A stretch of 64,000 bases of DNA, taken from positions 160,001-224,000 of the IMG/VR virus record IMGVR_UViG_3300028603_000018; one strand, 5' to 3'. How positions within the stretch are numbered: position 1 is the stretch's first letter; every line of letters starts with the position of its first letter. This document shows, piece by piece, positions 40,265-49,489 of the stretch. This DNA comes from a virus. Taxonomy: Duplodnaviria > Caudoviricetes. The notes beneath the pieces were generated by a model that did not search any database, was not told where the DNA came from, and was given only the letters and a program-made list of their open reading frames with translations. The position numbers were made by a program, and so were the translations under genes.

Positions 40265-42536
40265 CTACTCTACTGTTATCGCTTCATGATGGATGCGGTC
40301 TATTTCTCCTGCAAGAAGATCTTCTTCAAAAGCTTTTAGTAAGCTATCAGTATTAGGTAAATCTAACATAACACGACAAACCTCCATTGCGTTAGTAGCT
40401 CCACCTGTGATATTTAATCCCTGCATTCTAGTAGTGTATTCATCTTTACCAGAGACAGAGATAATTTCAGCTATAGTAGTTTCTTTTGATACATTAAGAA
40501 TAGCAATCGATGTAGGATAGCTTGATGTGATATCTAGCTTCCGAGTATATGTCACTAATGATATTATTAATATTATCACTAATGACAAGGATACGGAAAT
40601 GGACTATATCTTCTTCCTTTAACAAAAAAAGGAAGCCCTCCGTTTCGCTTTAAAGGAATTACTATATATTCATTTTCAATATATACACCTGCCTTGTGAG
40701 GCGCTACTCTACTGGGTTTAGTCATGGGTAGCTTGTGACTCCCATAACACGCCTGTCGATAGTCTCTGAACCTTCTACCTACATAATAGGTAGCTTGGCT
40801 GCGGATCTTCTCATCCTTTTCTTTTTTACTATACCTGAGTAGTTAGTTCAGCCCTCATGTCTATTACTAGCATGAGTTAGTAGAAAAGGCTCTTTGAGAC
40901 GTTCCCGTCAATTAGAAGGGTTTCAACTTAAATCTCTTTAAGTTAGGGGACCTGTTTTGATTTCTTTCCTTGAATCAAATTCAGTTTCGTTAGTATCACA
41001 TTACACTAACCCAGAATCCTGATTCTTAAGAAAAGAAAAAAATACATCAAGTTAATCCCCTGCATATAAGCGTATATTAGTGGCAAAGCCAGGTAGTTCA
41101 ATAATAAAATCTAAACCTGTTTCTTCTGTCCAGGCTTGTAATGTGATGATCCAGCCTTCTAAGCCAAAGATCTCTTTATCTAAAGGATCTTCCATCTCAT
41201 CACTAGTAGTTCCAATTACCTTACCCTGTTCTAAGAATTCAAAATGCCATTCATCGATCTTTCTCTTAGGTTGACTAGAGTAGTTAACGAGATCAGAAGT
41301 TTGTGAGAAGATGGGTAAGGTACTAGATAAGTCTTGAGTTTTCTCGTCGAGGACTTCTAAAACAATAGGGTCGACAATGTTATAAACACAATACTCAATC
41401 TTGTAGTCAGCCTGCATCAAAATATGCCAGTCACCTGTATCTTCAGTTTTAACTTCAATATAAGGGAAGTCTAACTTCTGGACACCTGTTTCTTCAATAT
41501 CTAGAATAGCTGATAAGGCATAGCTTTGTTTCTTAGCTTGTCCCATTCGGTTAAAGTTATAAGCTGCCATGGCATCAACAAACTGAAATGAAGCAGGAGT
41601 AATAACAGAATGCCATTGCTCCTCAACATCTTTAGGCATGTATTTACCTGAAGCTGTTTTCTTTTGTCTAGAACCTACTTTATACCAGAAGTGTTTAAAA
41701 GGACCAGGTACACTAGGATCAGAGAAAATCTCAGCTGGATTAAGTCGATACCTATCGATAGTTTCTAAGAACCGAGAGAATTCGAAATCGATGTTCCAAA
41801 TACTGCAAAAATCAGGCTTCCAAATATGAAGCTGATTAATCATTTCGATTAATACTTCAGCAGGACTGTTAACTAACAATACTCGAAGCTTTAACCCTCG
41901 TTGCTCAATGAGTTCTTTACAGTTCTCATTAAAGCATTTGTGAATTCTTTCCTCTGGGCTACTAATACCTTCTAAGAAGTTCCTATCACAGATATGCAGT
42001 ACTTCATTCTTAAAGGAAACTGTTCCCATTAAGATAGCCGAAGTCTCCATATCTGTTTCAATATCTAGACCTGCTACAGTATGTGGAGAAGGACTTACTC
42101 CGACTTTTTCCATATGTTGGAAATATCTATGTTTAATGATGGCAGTAGAAGATACTTCAGCACCGTAGATATAAGGAGACCTAAAGATTCGACGAAGACC
42201 TTGACCAGCGTATTGGTAGAGATTTAAACTTTGTACTAAGCGATCTGCTAGCTCGGATTGCGTACATTCAAATCGAGTGAGTTTATTTATGTCCTCAATT
42301 TCTTTCTTTTGTTTATGGTTTCTAAAACCTTCTTTAGTAATATAGAAAGGTCTTTTATAATTCTTTACAAGTCTGACATTAGGAAAACGACGACCATCTT
42401 TAAGATGAATAACTTCTTTAATAAGATGGAAATCGTCTTTTGTTCTTCCTTTTAAAAACTTAGGTGTAGGGCAATGGACAGCATGTTTACACTCAATAGT
42501 TAAAATGTCTTCTTTTGAGTAAGGTAGATTAGTCAT
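40265..42536 (-). CDS. Family B DNA polymerase N-terminal subunit (3'-5' exonuclease plus motif A; phiKZ gp82-like); exons 42536-41055 and 40537-40265
   Basis: ExoI GLDIETD, ExoII WNIDFE, ExoIII YNIVD; splicing rebuilds motif A YAGD-LDITSSYPTS. Confidence 0.88.
40538..41054 (-). ncRNA. Group I intron 4 (ORF-less) in DNA polymerase
   Basis: Minus strand: follows U of GAT; CTAATTGACGGGAAC, ATCCGCAGCCAAG, GTTCAGAGACTA, AAGATATAGTCC, P9 hairpin, terminal G. Confidence 0.88.
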
Positions 42537-42655
42537 TTATTTACCAATCCTTTATTTAGAGTTTACATTTAATAAAGGAAACCTATATTTTTTAAATCAT
42601 TAATGATTTGAGCGCTTATAATTAATGCATTAATTCGTAGTGAAGGACATTTATT

Positions 42656-43915
42656 GTGAAAGACCACAGTTATGTAGAGAAAAAAGAACTCAGTATGGAG
42701 ATGCTAGAGTTCCAGAAAAACCCTATTTTCTTTAAAGAATTAAAGAACTTAATTGAAGACTTTAAAGGAAAGAAACGGGAAGATTTATTTGAGTTGAAGT
42801 TTACAGATAAACTCAACTCTATTATTAAACATCATACTCAATTGAAAGCTTTTGATACTTTAATTGGTATTAAAAGTAAACCTGAAGAAGACATTGTTAG
42901 TCTATGTATCTTAAATAACTTAAACTCATTAGTAGAGATTAAAAACTTAACGTTTGGTTTTAGTTATAAAACAGGATACTTTACAGGTGATACTAAGAAG
43001 CTTTATAATCGTCTCTTAGTTCCACCAGAATGGATTATTGGTGACTACTTTACCAGTGGTGAGTTAGCAGCAGGTATCTTACATGAAATTGGTCATCTAG
43101 CTTTTAGAGTTAATTTCTTAGCTAGGCAGATCAAAACTAATATCGCACTATTAGAAGTTGTTAAAGAGTTACGTTCAGGTCAACCTCCTTCTGAACGAGT
43201 CTCTATCTTTAGACGTGCTGCAAATGAAGCAGAGTTAAAGAATTTAAATATCGCAGAATTAGCTGGTATAGATGATCCTGAAGTTATTACAGTTATCTTC
43301 ACAAATAGCTTACTCAATGATTACCGTAGTGAGTTAGGTTCTGGTGAGTATGACAGGACGATGGAAGAATATTATGCAGACATGTATGCTGTTAGGTGTG
43401 GTGCTGGTACAGACTTAGCTTCTATTGCAGTTAAGATGGAAACTCGATACGGACCTTCTTTTACAACTAACGAACTTGTTCGCATTGCTGGTGGTTTATC
43501 TATCGCAGCAAGTGTAGCTGCTGCTGTAGTAGCTCCTGTAGTAATGCCAATAAGTATCTTACTCTCAGCTACATGGATCTTAGGTATTACAGCTACTTTC
43601 TTTCCCTCTAATAGCGATTATATCTACGATGATGCATTGACTAGGATTACACGAATCCGTCAACAGTTATCTTCTGCTCTTCAAAATAAGAGATTGTCTA
43701 AGTTTGAAGTAGAACAGCTCACTGCTATGCTAGCTGAACTAGATAGTAATATTAAGAGTTTAAAGAAAGACACTAATGTCTTTGATGACTTCTTACTTAA
43801 GCTATTTAATAAAACCGCTAAGCGTCGTTTAAAAGCACAAGAAATTCAAAATGAGTATGAAGCACTCGCTTATAATAAGTTGTTTGAGAAAAGCGCTGTA
43901 CTTCGAGTTATTTAA
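42656..43915 (+). CDS. Head protein with zincin-like HEXXH motif and hydrophobic segment
   Basis: LHEIGH...EYYADMYA; SME site near the N-terminus; hydrophobic stretch IAGGLSIAASVAAAVVAPVVMPISILLSATWILGI. Confidence 0.65.
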   Translation: MKDHSYVEKKELSMEMLEFQKNPIFFKELKNLIEDFKGKKREDLFELKFTDKLNSIIKHHTQLKAFDTLIGIKSKPEEDIVSLCILNNLNSLVEIKNLTFGFSYKTGYFTGDTKKLYNRLLVPPEWIIGDYFTSGELAAGILHEIGHLAFRVNFLARQIKTNIALLEVVKELRSGQPPSERVSIFRRAANEAELKNLNIAELAGIDDPEVITVIFTNSLLNDYRSELGSGEYDRTMEEYYADMYAVRCGAGTDLASIAVKMETRYGPSFTTNELVRIAGGLSIAASVAAAVVAPVVMPISILLSATWILGITATFFPSNSDYIYDDALTRITRIRQQLSSALQNKRLSKFEVEQLTAMLAELDSNIKSLKKDTNVFDDFLLKLFNKTAKRRLKAQEIQNEYEALAYNKLFEKSAVLRVI

Positions 43916-43934
43916 ATAGGAAATAGAGAATAAA

Positions 43935-44399
43935 ATGAATGTCTCGTTAAATGAGTTTAATAATAGTGTTGGGATTGCCCATAGTGCATTAACTACCCGA
44001 GCTAAATTTATTGCTGCTGTCATTGCAACAGTCTTATCACGCAATCTTCCTTTACCTCAGAATAAAGTATCTGCTCCTGAGGATTTTTATAACATCGAAT
44101 GTGTTCCTGTTATTAATGAAATCCTCTCCGCACTAAATGAAAAGTTAGTTATGGATGTACGAGCTGCTGTAGAGTTCACTCGTAAGTTCTGGAAGATCCG
44201 TTATATGGCAGCTTTCCCAGAAGGTTTAAATAACCTCCATGATCAATACGGTATGATTGATACCTATGTTGGTGCTGGCATTGTGTGGGCTAAGACTGAG
44301 CATGAGTTCATTAATGATTGTAAAGATGGTATTTTAGTTACCTACAGTAAAGCATTTAATCTACTTGCTGAGTTGTTTCCAGAGCACTTCTCTAAGTAA
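43935..44399 (+). CDS. Putative virion protein
   Basis: 154-aa ORF in the head gene cluster. Confidence 0.65.
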   Translation: MNVSLNEFNNSVGIAHSALTTRAKFIAAVIATVLSRNLPLPQNKVSAPEDFYNIECVPVINEILSALNEKLVMDVRAAVEFTRKFWKIRYMAAFPEGLNNLHDQYGMIDTYVGAGIVWAKTEHEFINDCKDGILVTYSKAFNLLAELFPEHFSK

Positions 44400-44420
44400 T
44401 AAACAAAGGAAATTAAAAAC

Positions 44421-46979
44421 ATGTCTACTTTTGCTTTTCAAGTAGGTGAGCCTGTAGAATCTCCTGACAGTCTCTTAAAACAAACGGATTTATTCGAAGA
44501 AGATACTTTAGTAGCAGGTGAAGTGCCTGAGCTAAATAAAGATACTACCTTTACTGCTATTTTAAATGAAACGATGGAGTCTTTAGACAAGGCTATTTCA
44601 TTTAAAAAGAAGATTAAAGAAACAGGCTTAGTTTCTCGTGCAATGGCTATGGAAGCTGTTGATGAGATTGAAGGCTTAGAATTGCTTCCTTTAGGTTATT
44701 ACACTGAGAAACCTACTGCTTCCTTAGGTGAACCTACTGTAGAGAACTTAACTGCTTATATCAATGTAGCTTGGAAACGAGCTAAAGAATTTATCATTAA
44801 GGCTTTTGAAGCTATTCAGAAGTTTATTAAAGATGCAGTAGAGAAAATCTCTATCTACTTAAAACATATTCACAATAACAAAACCATTAAAGCTTTAGAA
44901 AAGGTTACTCTACCTAACTCTATTAGCATTGCTCAAGCGGATAAAGTATTATCGTTACTAGACAGTGATCCTGGATATGGTAATCTTTTTATTGATGATG
45001 CTGCTGGAGAACGTCGTAAAGGTTATTTAAGTACCTTTATGAAAGACCCCACTTCCGTTAGTAAATCTTTATTTGATATCTTTCGTGATCCACGTATTCG
45101 TTCTATTTATGAGTTAATTCAGAATGAAGATACTTTAATTAAATCGATGAAAGATGGATCATTGGACATCACAGCTACATTAGAGACTTTAAAAGAAGTC
45201 AATGCAAGCTTTACTCCTAGTAAAGGTGGTAGGGGGGCTGATGCATTTTCTTTCTCTATTAATCCTTCTAGCCTAATTAAAGAGTTAGAAGCTTATCGTA
45301 AGAATCGTCTTAATTCTGAGAAATCGACTTTCAATACGAATGCGACCTTAGATAAATTAAGTGCTGTCTCTAAAGCTACAGCTAGTATTTCCCGTCTTAA
45401 TCCTACTCGTATTGCTGATAAGATGTTAAAAGATGTGAGTGGGGATGATGAACTTAAAGCTAAAACTTATCATGAAATTGTTGAGGATGTCTCAGCTCTA
45501 AATGAGTTCTTCACCTTCATCCTAACTATCGAAAAGAAATACGTTGAGTATGTAGCTACATTACAAACACTGGATGTACTCTACTTAAAAGTGGTTGGAG
45601 TATTAAAAGAAGGTGAAGCTTCCCAAGAAAGTATTGTTGAAGATACGTCTTTTGATTTTAGTCAACTCTCTCGTGAACTGAGCTTTTCTTTAGAAGCAAT
45701 TGATACTAAAGCGTTTGATAAGAGTAAAGCTGTTGATATTAATCTAAAAGAAACAAAAGTCTCTGAACAGCTTATTGCGGTATTTAATAGAATTAAAGCT
45801 TGGTTTGAAGAGATGCTTAGTCGTCTAGTTGAATGGTTAAGGAAAGTCAAAGCTAATTTATTACCTAGGATTAATAACCATATTCAATATCTTCAAACAG
45901 CTAAGTATGAAGAAGCATTAAAAGACCTCCAAGCACTTCGCCGTGATGAAAAGTCATTAGAGGATGTACTGAAAACAAAATTTAGGTATGGTGTTGGTAG
46001 CTTCAGATTTGAAGAGTTTGCTAATATTATTATTGAAGACTCTAAGTCTGGTAATCGTGACTTTAGCCAGCAGTTAGGTGTCTTATCAAGTAAGTCTTCT
46101 GAACTTCGTCGATTCTTAAGTTCTGTAAAAGATGCTCTGAAAGGTATGTCTGTTTCTAGAAAAGCAGGAAGTACGGACGTAAACAAAGCACTTGATGCAC
46201 TTAAAGGTATTGAAGGTGCTGGTATTATTAAAGACATCGACTTTAATATCAATGCTCTATATACTCGAATTAGAGATTCTAAAGACGGCGTAGGTGAAAA
46301 TAAAAATACCGCAGTTCCTTTAGATCCTAGGGAATTTTTGCAGACTGCTGGTGCTACGCTTACACATTTCAGTAAAAATAAAAACGACTTAAAGAATATC
46401 CAGTCTAGTGCTAATGCGATTGCTCTAGAGTTAGAGCGAGTTAACTTTGGTGATATCATGGTTGGAATTCATAGAAATATTTTTCTTACCGAAGGCTCAA
46501 CACATGGTCCTAACTATGAGGTAGATGATAGTGTAGGAGAAATTGCATATGAATATGTTAGTGAATTTAAGAAAGGAATTACTTTACTTTCTGAATTCTT
46601 AGGGAATCTAAAGACTTTACTTATGACCGCTAACTATTACGTTTTATACTCTTATCAGTTAGTTAGCTTATACATTAAAATCATCTCAGCAGCTAAAAAC
46701 TTGTCTATGAGGGTTGCTAACCGTAGTTCGTTTGAAGCACTAGAGATTACTTTAGAGTTCTTAAGTGATCCTAATGTGTTAGGTCCTACTGAAGACGAAG
46801 TTAAGTTTCAACAACTGCTAGATAATGAAAGTAATGCTTCTCTAGAGAATGATGAAGAACTTTCTTATATGAGTAATGTGTCAAGTTCAGGTGAGGAAGA
46901 TGTAGGGCTAGATGAGTTAGTCGATGCAGAAGAAGGCGTTGATGAAAATCTAAGCTATATGTCTAATACTTCTGAATAA
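44421..46979 (+). CDS. Internal head protein with two tandem modules
   Basis: 852 aa; AME, SQE, SLE, SFE, ALE sites; two amphipathic W-containing helices typical of head paralogues. Confidence 0.7.
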   Translation: MSTFAFQVGEPVESPDSLLKQTDLFEEDTLVAGEVPELNKDTTFTAILNETMESLDKAISFKKKIKETGLVSRAMAMEAVDEIEGLELLPLGYYTEKPTASLGEPTVENLTAYINVAWKRAKEFIIKAFEAIQKFIKDAVEKISIYLKHIHNNKTIKALEKVTLPNSISIAQADKVLSLLDSDPGYGNLFIDDAAGERRKGYLSTFMKDPTSVSKSLFDIFRDPRIRSIYELIQNEDTLIKSMKDGSLDITATLETLKEVNASFTPSKGGRGADAFSFSINPSSLIKELEAYRKNRLNSEKSTFNTNATLDKLSAVSKATASISRLNPTRIADKMLKDVSGDDELKAKTYHEIVEDVSALNEFFTFILTIEKKYVEYVATLQTLDVLYLKVVGVLKEGEASQESIVEDTSFDFSQLSRELSFSLEAIDTKAFDKSKAVDINLKETKVSEQLIAVFNRIKAWFEEMLSRLVEWLRKVKANLLPRINNHIQYLQTAKYEEALKDLQALRRDEKSLEDVLKTKFRYGVGSFRFEEFANIIIEDSKSGNRDFSQQLGVLSSKSSELRRFLSSVKDALKGMSVSRKAGSTDVNKALDALKGIEGAGIIKDIDFNINALYTRIRDSKDGVGENKNTAVPLDPREFLQTAGATLTHFSKNKNDLKNIQSSANAIALELERVNFGDIMVGIHRNIFLTEGSTHGPNYEVDDSVGEIAYEYVSEFKKGITLLSEFLGNLKTLLMTANYYVLYSYQLVSLYIKIISAAKNLSMRVANRSSFEALEITLEFLSDPNVLGPTEDEVKFQQLLDNESNASLENDEELSYMSNVSSSGEEDVGLDELVDAEEGVDENLSYMSNTSE

Positions 46980-47066
46980 TATATTGTAGACCATAATCAA
47001 ACAGTTAGAAGAGATGAGTATCTATCTCTTCTAACTATTGAAATCTTTTTATAAAGTTAATAAAAA

Positions 47067-47663
47067 ATGCGTAAATATAGTTTAGAAAACTTAGTTGATT
47101 TATCTGAAGGGTTAGAGGTTGATCCAGTTCTTGTTCAAGATGAAGAGTTAGTAGGGACTCCTGAAGAAGTCAATGGTTTAGTTGAAGAAGCTGTCTTAGC
47201 TGAGAATGCTGAAGAAATTAACGAGCTTAGCCAAGAAGGTATTCTTGGTTTCTTTGGAGGAGGTGCTTTAGGAATTATATCTTATCCAATGGGTTTAGGT
47301 GGTGTAGTAGGTGTGGCACAGAAATCTGCTGTAAAGAATCTTGAAGCTAAAATTGAGAAACTTACTAAAGAAATTAAAAAGATCGCTGAAGATAACGGTA
47401 GGGAAGCTGTTAAAGCGGGTAAAATCTCTAGCGAAGACTTTGATGAAAATTTTAAAGGTCTTAGTATAGGTGCGATTTTCTCAGGCATTATTTTAGGCAC
47501 TTTATTCTCCCCCATTTATAATGCTGTTAAAAGTCATCAACTTGAAGAGCGGACGAAAGAAGTAGTGCGCCTGAAGAAAGAACTAGATAGCCTTCTTAAT
47601 AAAGCAGTGGCTGACTATAAAGAAGAGCAAGAAAAGATTCGAAACTCTTCAGTGGAAGATTAA
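47067..47663 (+). CDS. Head protein: acidic propeptide, SQE site, two Gly-rich hydrophobic helices
   Basis: SLE and SQE motifs; GILGFFGGGALG and IGAIFSGIILG segments with coiled coils. Confidence 0.65.
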   Translation: MRKYSLENLVDLSEGLEVDPVLVQDEELVGTPEEVNGLVEEAVLAENAEEINELSQEGILGFFGGGALGIISYPMGLGGVVGVAQKSAVKNLEAKIEKLTKEIKKIAEDNGREAVKAGKISSEDFDENFKGLSIGAIFSGIILGTLFSPIYNAVKSHQLEERTKEVVRLKKELDSLLNKAVADYKEEQEKIRNSSVED

Positions 47664-47766
47664 ACCTCTTTCTTTAGTTATTAAATAGGGAGTTGTTATC
47701 AAACTCCCTATTTATGCCATGATATTTTGAGTCGGTATTAAATATGAAATAAAAAGGATACTAAGA

Positions 47767-48957
47767 ATGTCTGAAACGAGTTTAAATATTGGTTTAGAAT
47801 TAGATGATCAACCAGTATTAGCAGATACACCTCCCAATACAGAAATAGCAGGTGTTCTTGATACAAAAAAAGAAATCCTAGTACATAATGGAAGTCAAGA
47901 TAACCTCGTTAGTTTTGCTGATGAGATTCGTAGCAGTTTAGAAAATCTAGACATCGCACTTGATTTACGTAATCGCTTAGTGAGTTTATCTAAGATCAAT
48001 AAAGACCTCGCATTAGAAGCATTGGATATTGATCCTGATATGCGTATTAAACCAATCAATAGTTATACTACTGAATTAACAAAGACTAACTATCAATTCA
48101 CATTAGAAAGTGTAGATACGTATATTAACAAAGTCATTAATGATACTGTTAATAATCAACTTTCTTCATTTACAGAAGCAACTTCAGAGAAATCTAATCA
48201 GATTCTAATTAAAGAACCTAATACTGCATTAGATCGTCTTTCAGACTTCAAAGACAATGTAGTTGCTTATATCAATGGTAGTGGATTAAATGCCTTTGCA
48301 GGCGCTTCAGTAAATCCTACTGCTAGCGTTGAACTTAGTGCTATCGTTAATAAAAGTTCAGCTTTAACAAAACTCATTAATAGCCCTAGTGAGATTAAAA
48401 ATATCATTTGTCAGATCACTGATAAGTTATTACCCGCTGCTAAGATTTGGGAAGCTGATTACGTTACTTTAAAAAGTAAATTACTTCAAGAACTTAAAAG
48501 TGGTGATAGTTCAAGTATTGATGAAACGCTACAGCAGTTAAAAGAATTAACAAGTAATGTATCTACTCAAATTGATTTTATTCCTCTTTATAGTGCAGTA
48601 GGTTATCAAGGTGAAGCTGAAATCAATTTAAACAACGTAAACACCCTTGTCACGAGCTTAAGAGAATATGGTAGGGGTAAGTATCAGCAATACGGTTTTG
48701 ATCTCTTAGAATCGCTCTATAAAGAACTAACAGATGTTGCAAGTACTTCTTCTACTTTAACTACAGAAGGTAATGTAGAAGCTATTGAGTTTAATATTCA
48801 AGATGTAAATAAAACAGGGTATATTACTCAAGTACTTTGTTTATGTGCTACACTAAACACTTTAGTTATTAGTCATCTCTGCGATAAGGTGACTTTCTTA
48901 AATGATCTCTTTTGCTTCTTAGATGAATGGATTAAAGCTTCTATTCAGGGAGGTTAA
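47767..48957 (+). CDS. Internal head protein paralogue
   Basis: SLE, ALE, TLE motifs; SYTTELTKTNY resembles the propeptide of 44421. Confidence 0.65.
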   Translation: MSETSLNIGLELDDQPVLADTPPNTEIAGVLDTKKEILVHNGSQDNLVSFADEIRSSLENLDIALDLRNRLVSLSKINKDLALEALDIDPDMRIKPINSYTTELTKTNYQFTLESVDTYINKVINDTVNNQLSSFTEATSEKSNQILIKEPNTALDRLSDFKDNVVAYINGSGLNAFAGASVNPTASVELSAIVNKSSALTKLINSPSEIKNIICQITDKLLPAAKIWEADYVTLKSKLLQELKSGDSSSIDETLQQLKELTSNVSTQIDFIPLYSAVGYQGEAEINLNNVNTLVTSLREYGRGKYQQYGFDLLESLYKELTDVASTSSTLTTEGNVEAIEFNIQDVNKTGYITQVLCLCATLNTLVISHLCDKVTFLNDLFCFLDEWIKASIQGG

Positions 48958-48959
48958 GT

Positions 48960-49433
48960 ATGAGTAATTTACTTTTCACTCCAATTGAATCTAAGATACA
49001 TAAAGGTTGGTTTGAAATCCCTGGATATAATCAGTACCTAGCAAATGAGAAAGGACAAATCCTCTCTAAGAAGACACGTAATTATACCTACGGAGGTAAT
49101 GCTGGTCGTTATCTTAAAGTAGCTGTATTTAGAGATAATGAACCTAGAGTTTCTCTACGATACGTACATGTCTTAGTAGCTAGTGCTTTTTATGGTATTC
49201 CTGATGGTGTTAATATGGTAGTTAAACATAAAGACAATAATCGAAGGAATAATAAGAAGTCTAATTTAGAATGGGGTACTCAATCGAGTAACATCAAACA
49301 AATCTACGAAGATGGGTTGAAGTATTCTAAACAATACGCACACCTTTATCCAGATAGGTTCGCTAGTCGATTAGGTAAAATGGAAAGTCTAGTTGATTCT
49401 GATCTAGGTGAATCAGTTCTCTTAGAGTGGTGA
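48960..49433 (+). CDS. Free-standing NUMOD4/HNH endonuclease
   Basis: WFEIPGYNQY, VHVLVASAF, VKHKDNNRRNNKKSNLEW. Confidence 0.8.
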   Translation: MSNLLFTPIESKIHKGWFEIPGYNQYLANEKGQILSKKTRNYTYGGNAGRYLKVAVFRDNEPRVSLRYVHVLVASAFYGIPDGVNMVVKHKDNNRRNNKKSNLEWGTQSSNIKQIYEDGLKYSKQYAHLYPDRFASRLGKMESLVDSDLGESVLLEW

Positions 49434-49443
49434 TAATTTAAAA

Positions 49444-49481
49444 GCATAAATAGGAGTCTTTTTAAGACTCCTATTTATGCC
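49444..49481. terminator. Bidirectional family hairpin
   Basis: GCATAAATAGGAGTCTT-TTT-AAGACTCCTATTTATGC perfect inverted repeat between convergent genes. Confidence 0.8.
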
Positions 49482-49489
49482 TTATATAG

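Noticed and set aside
40265-40588. Stand-alone 107-aa gene with hydrophobic N-terminus
   Set aside because: The N-terminus is intron P9 sequence; the remainder is polymerase exon 2.
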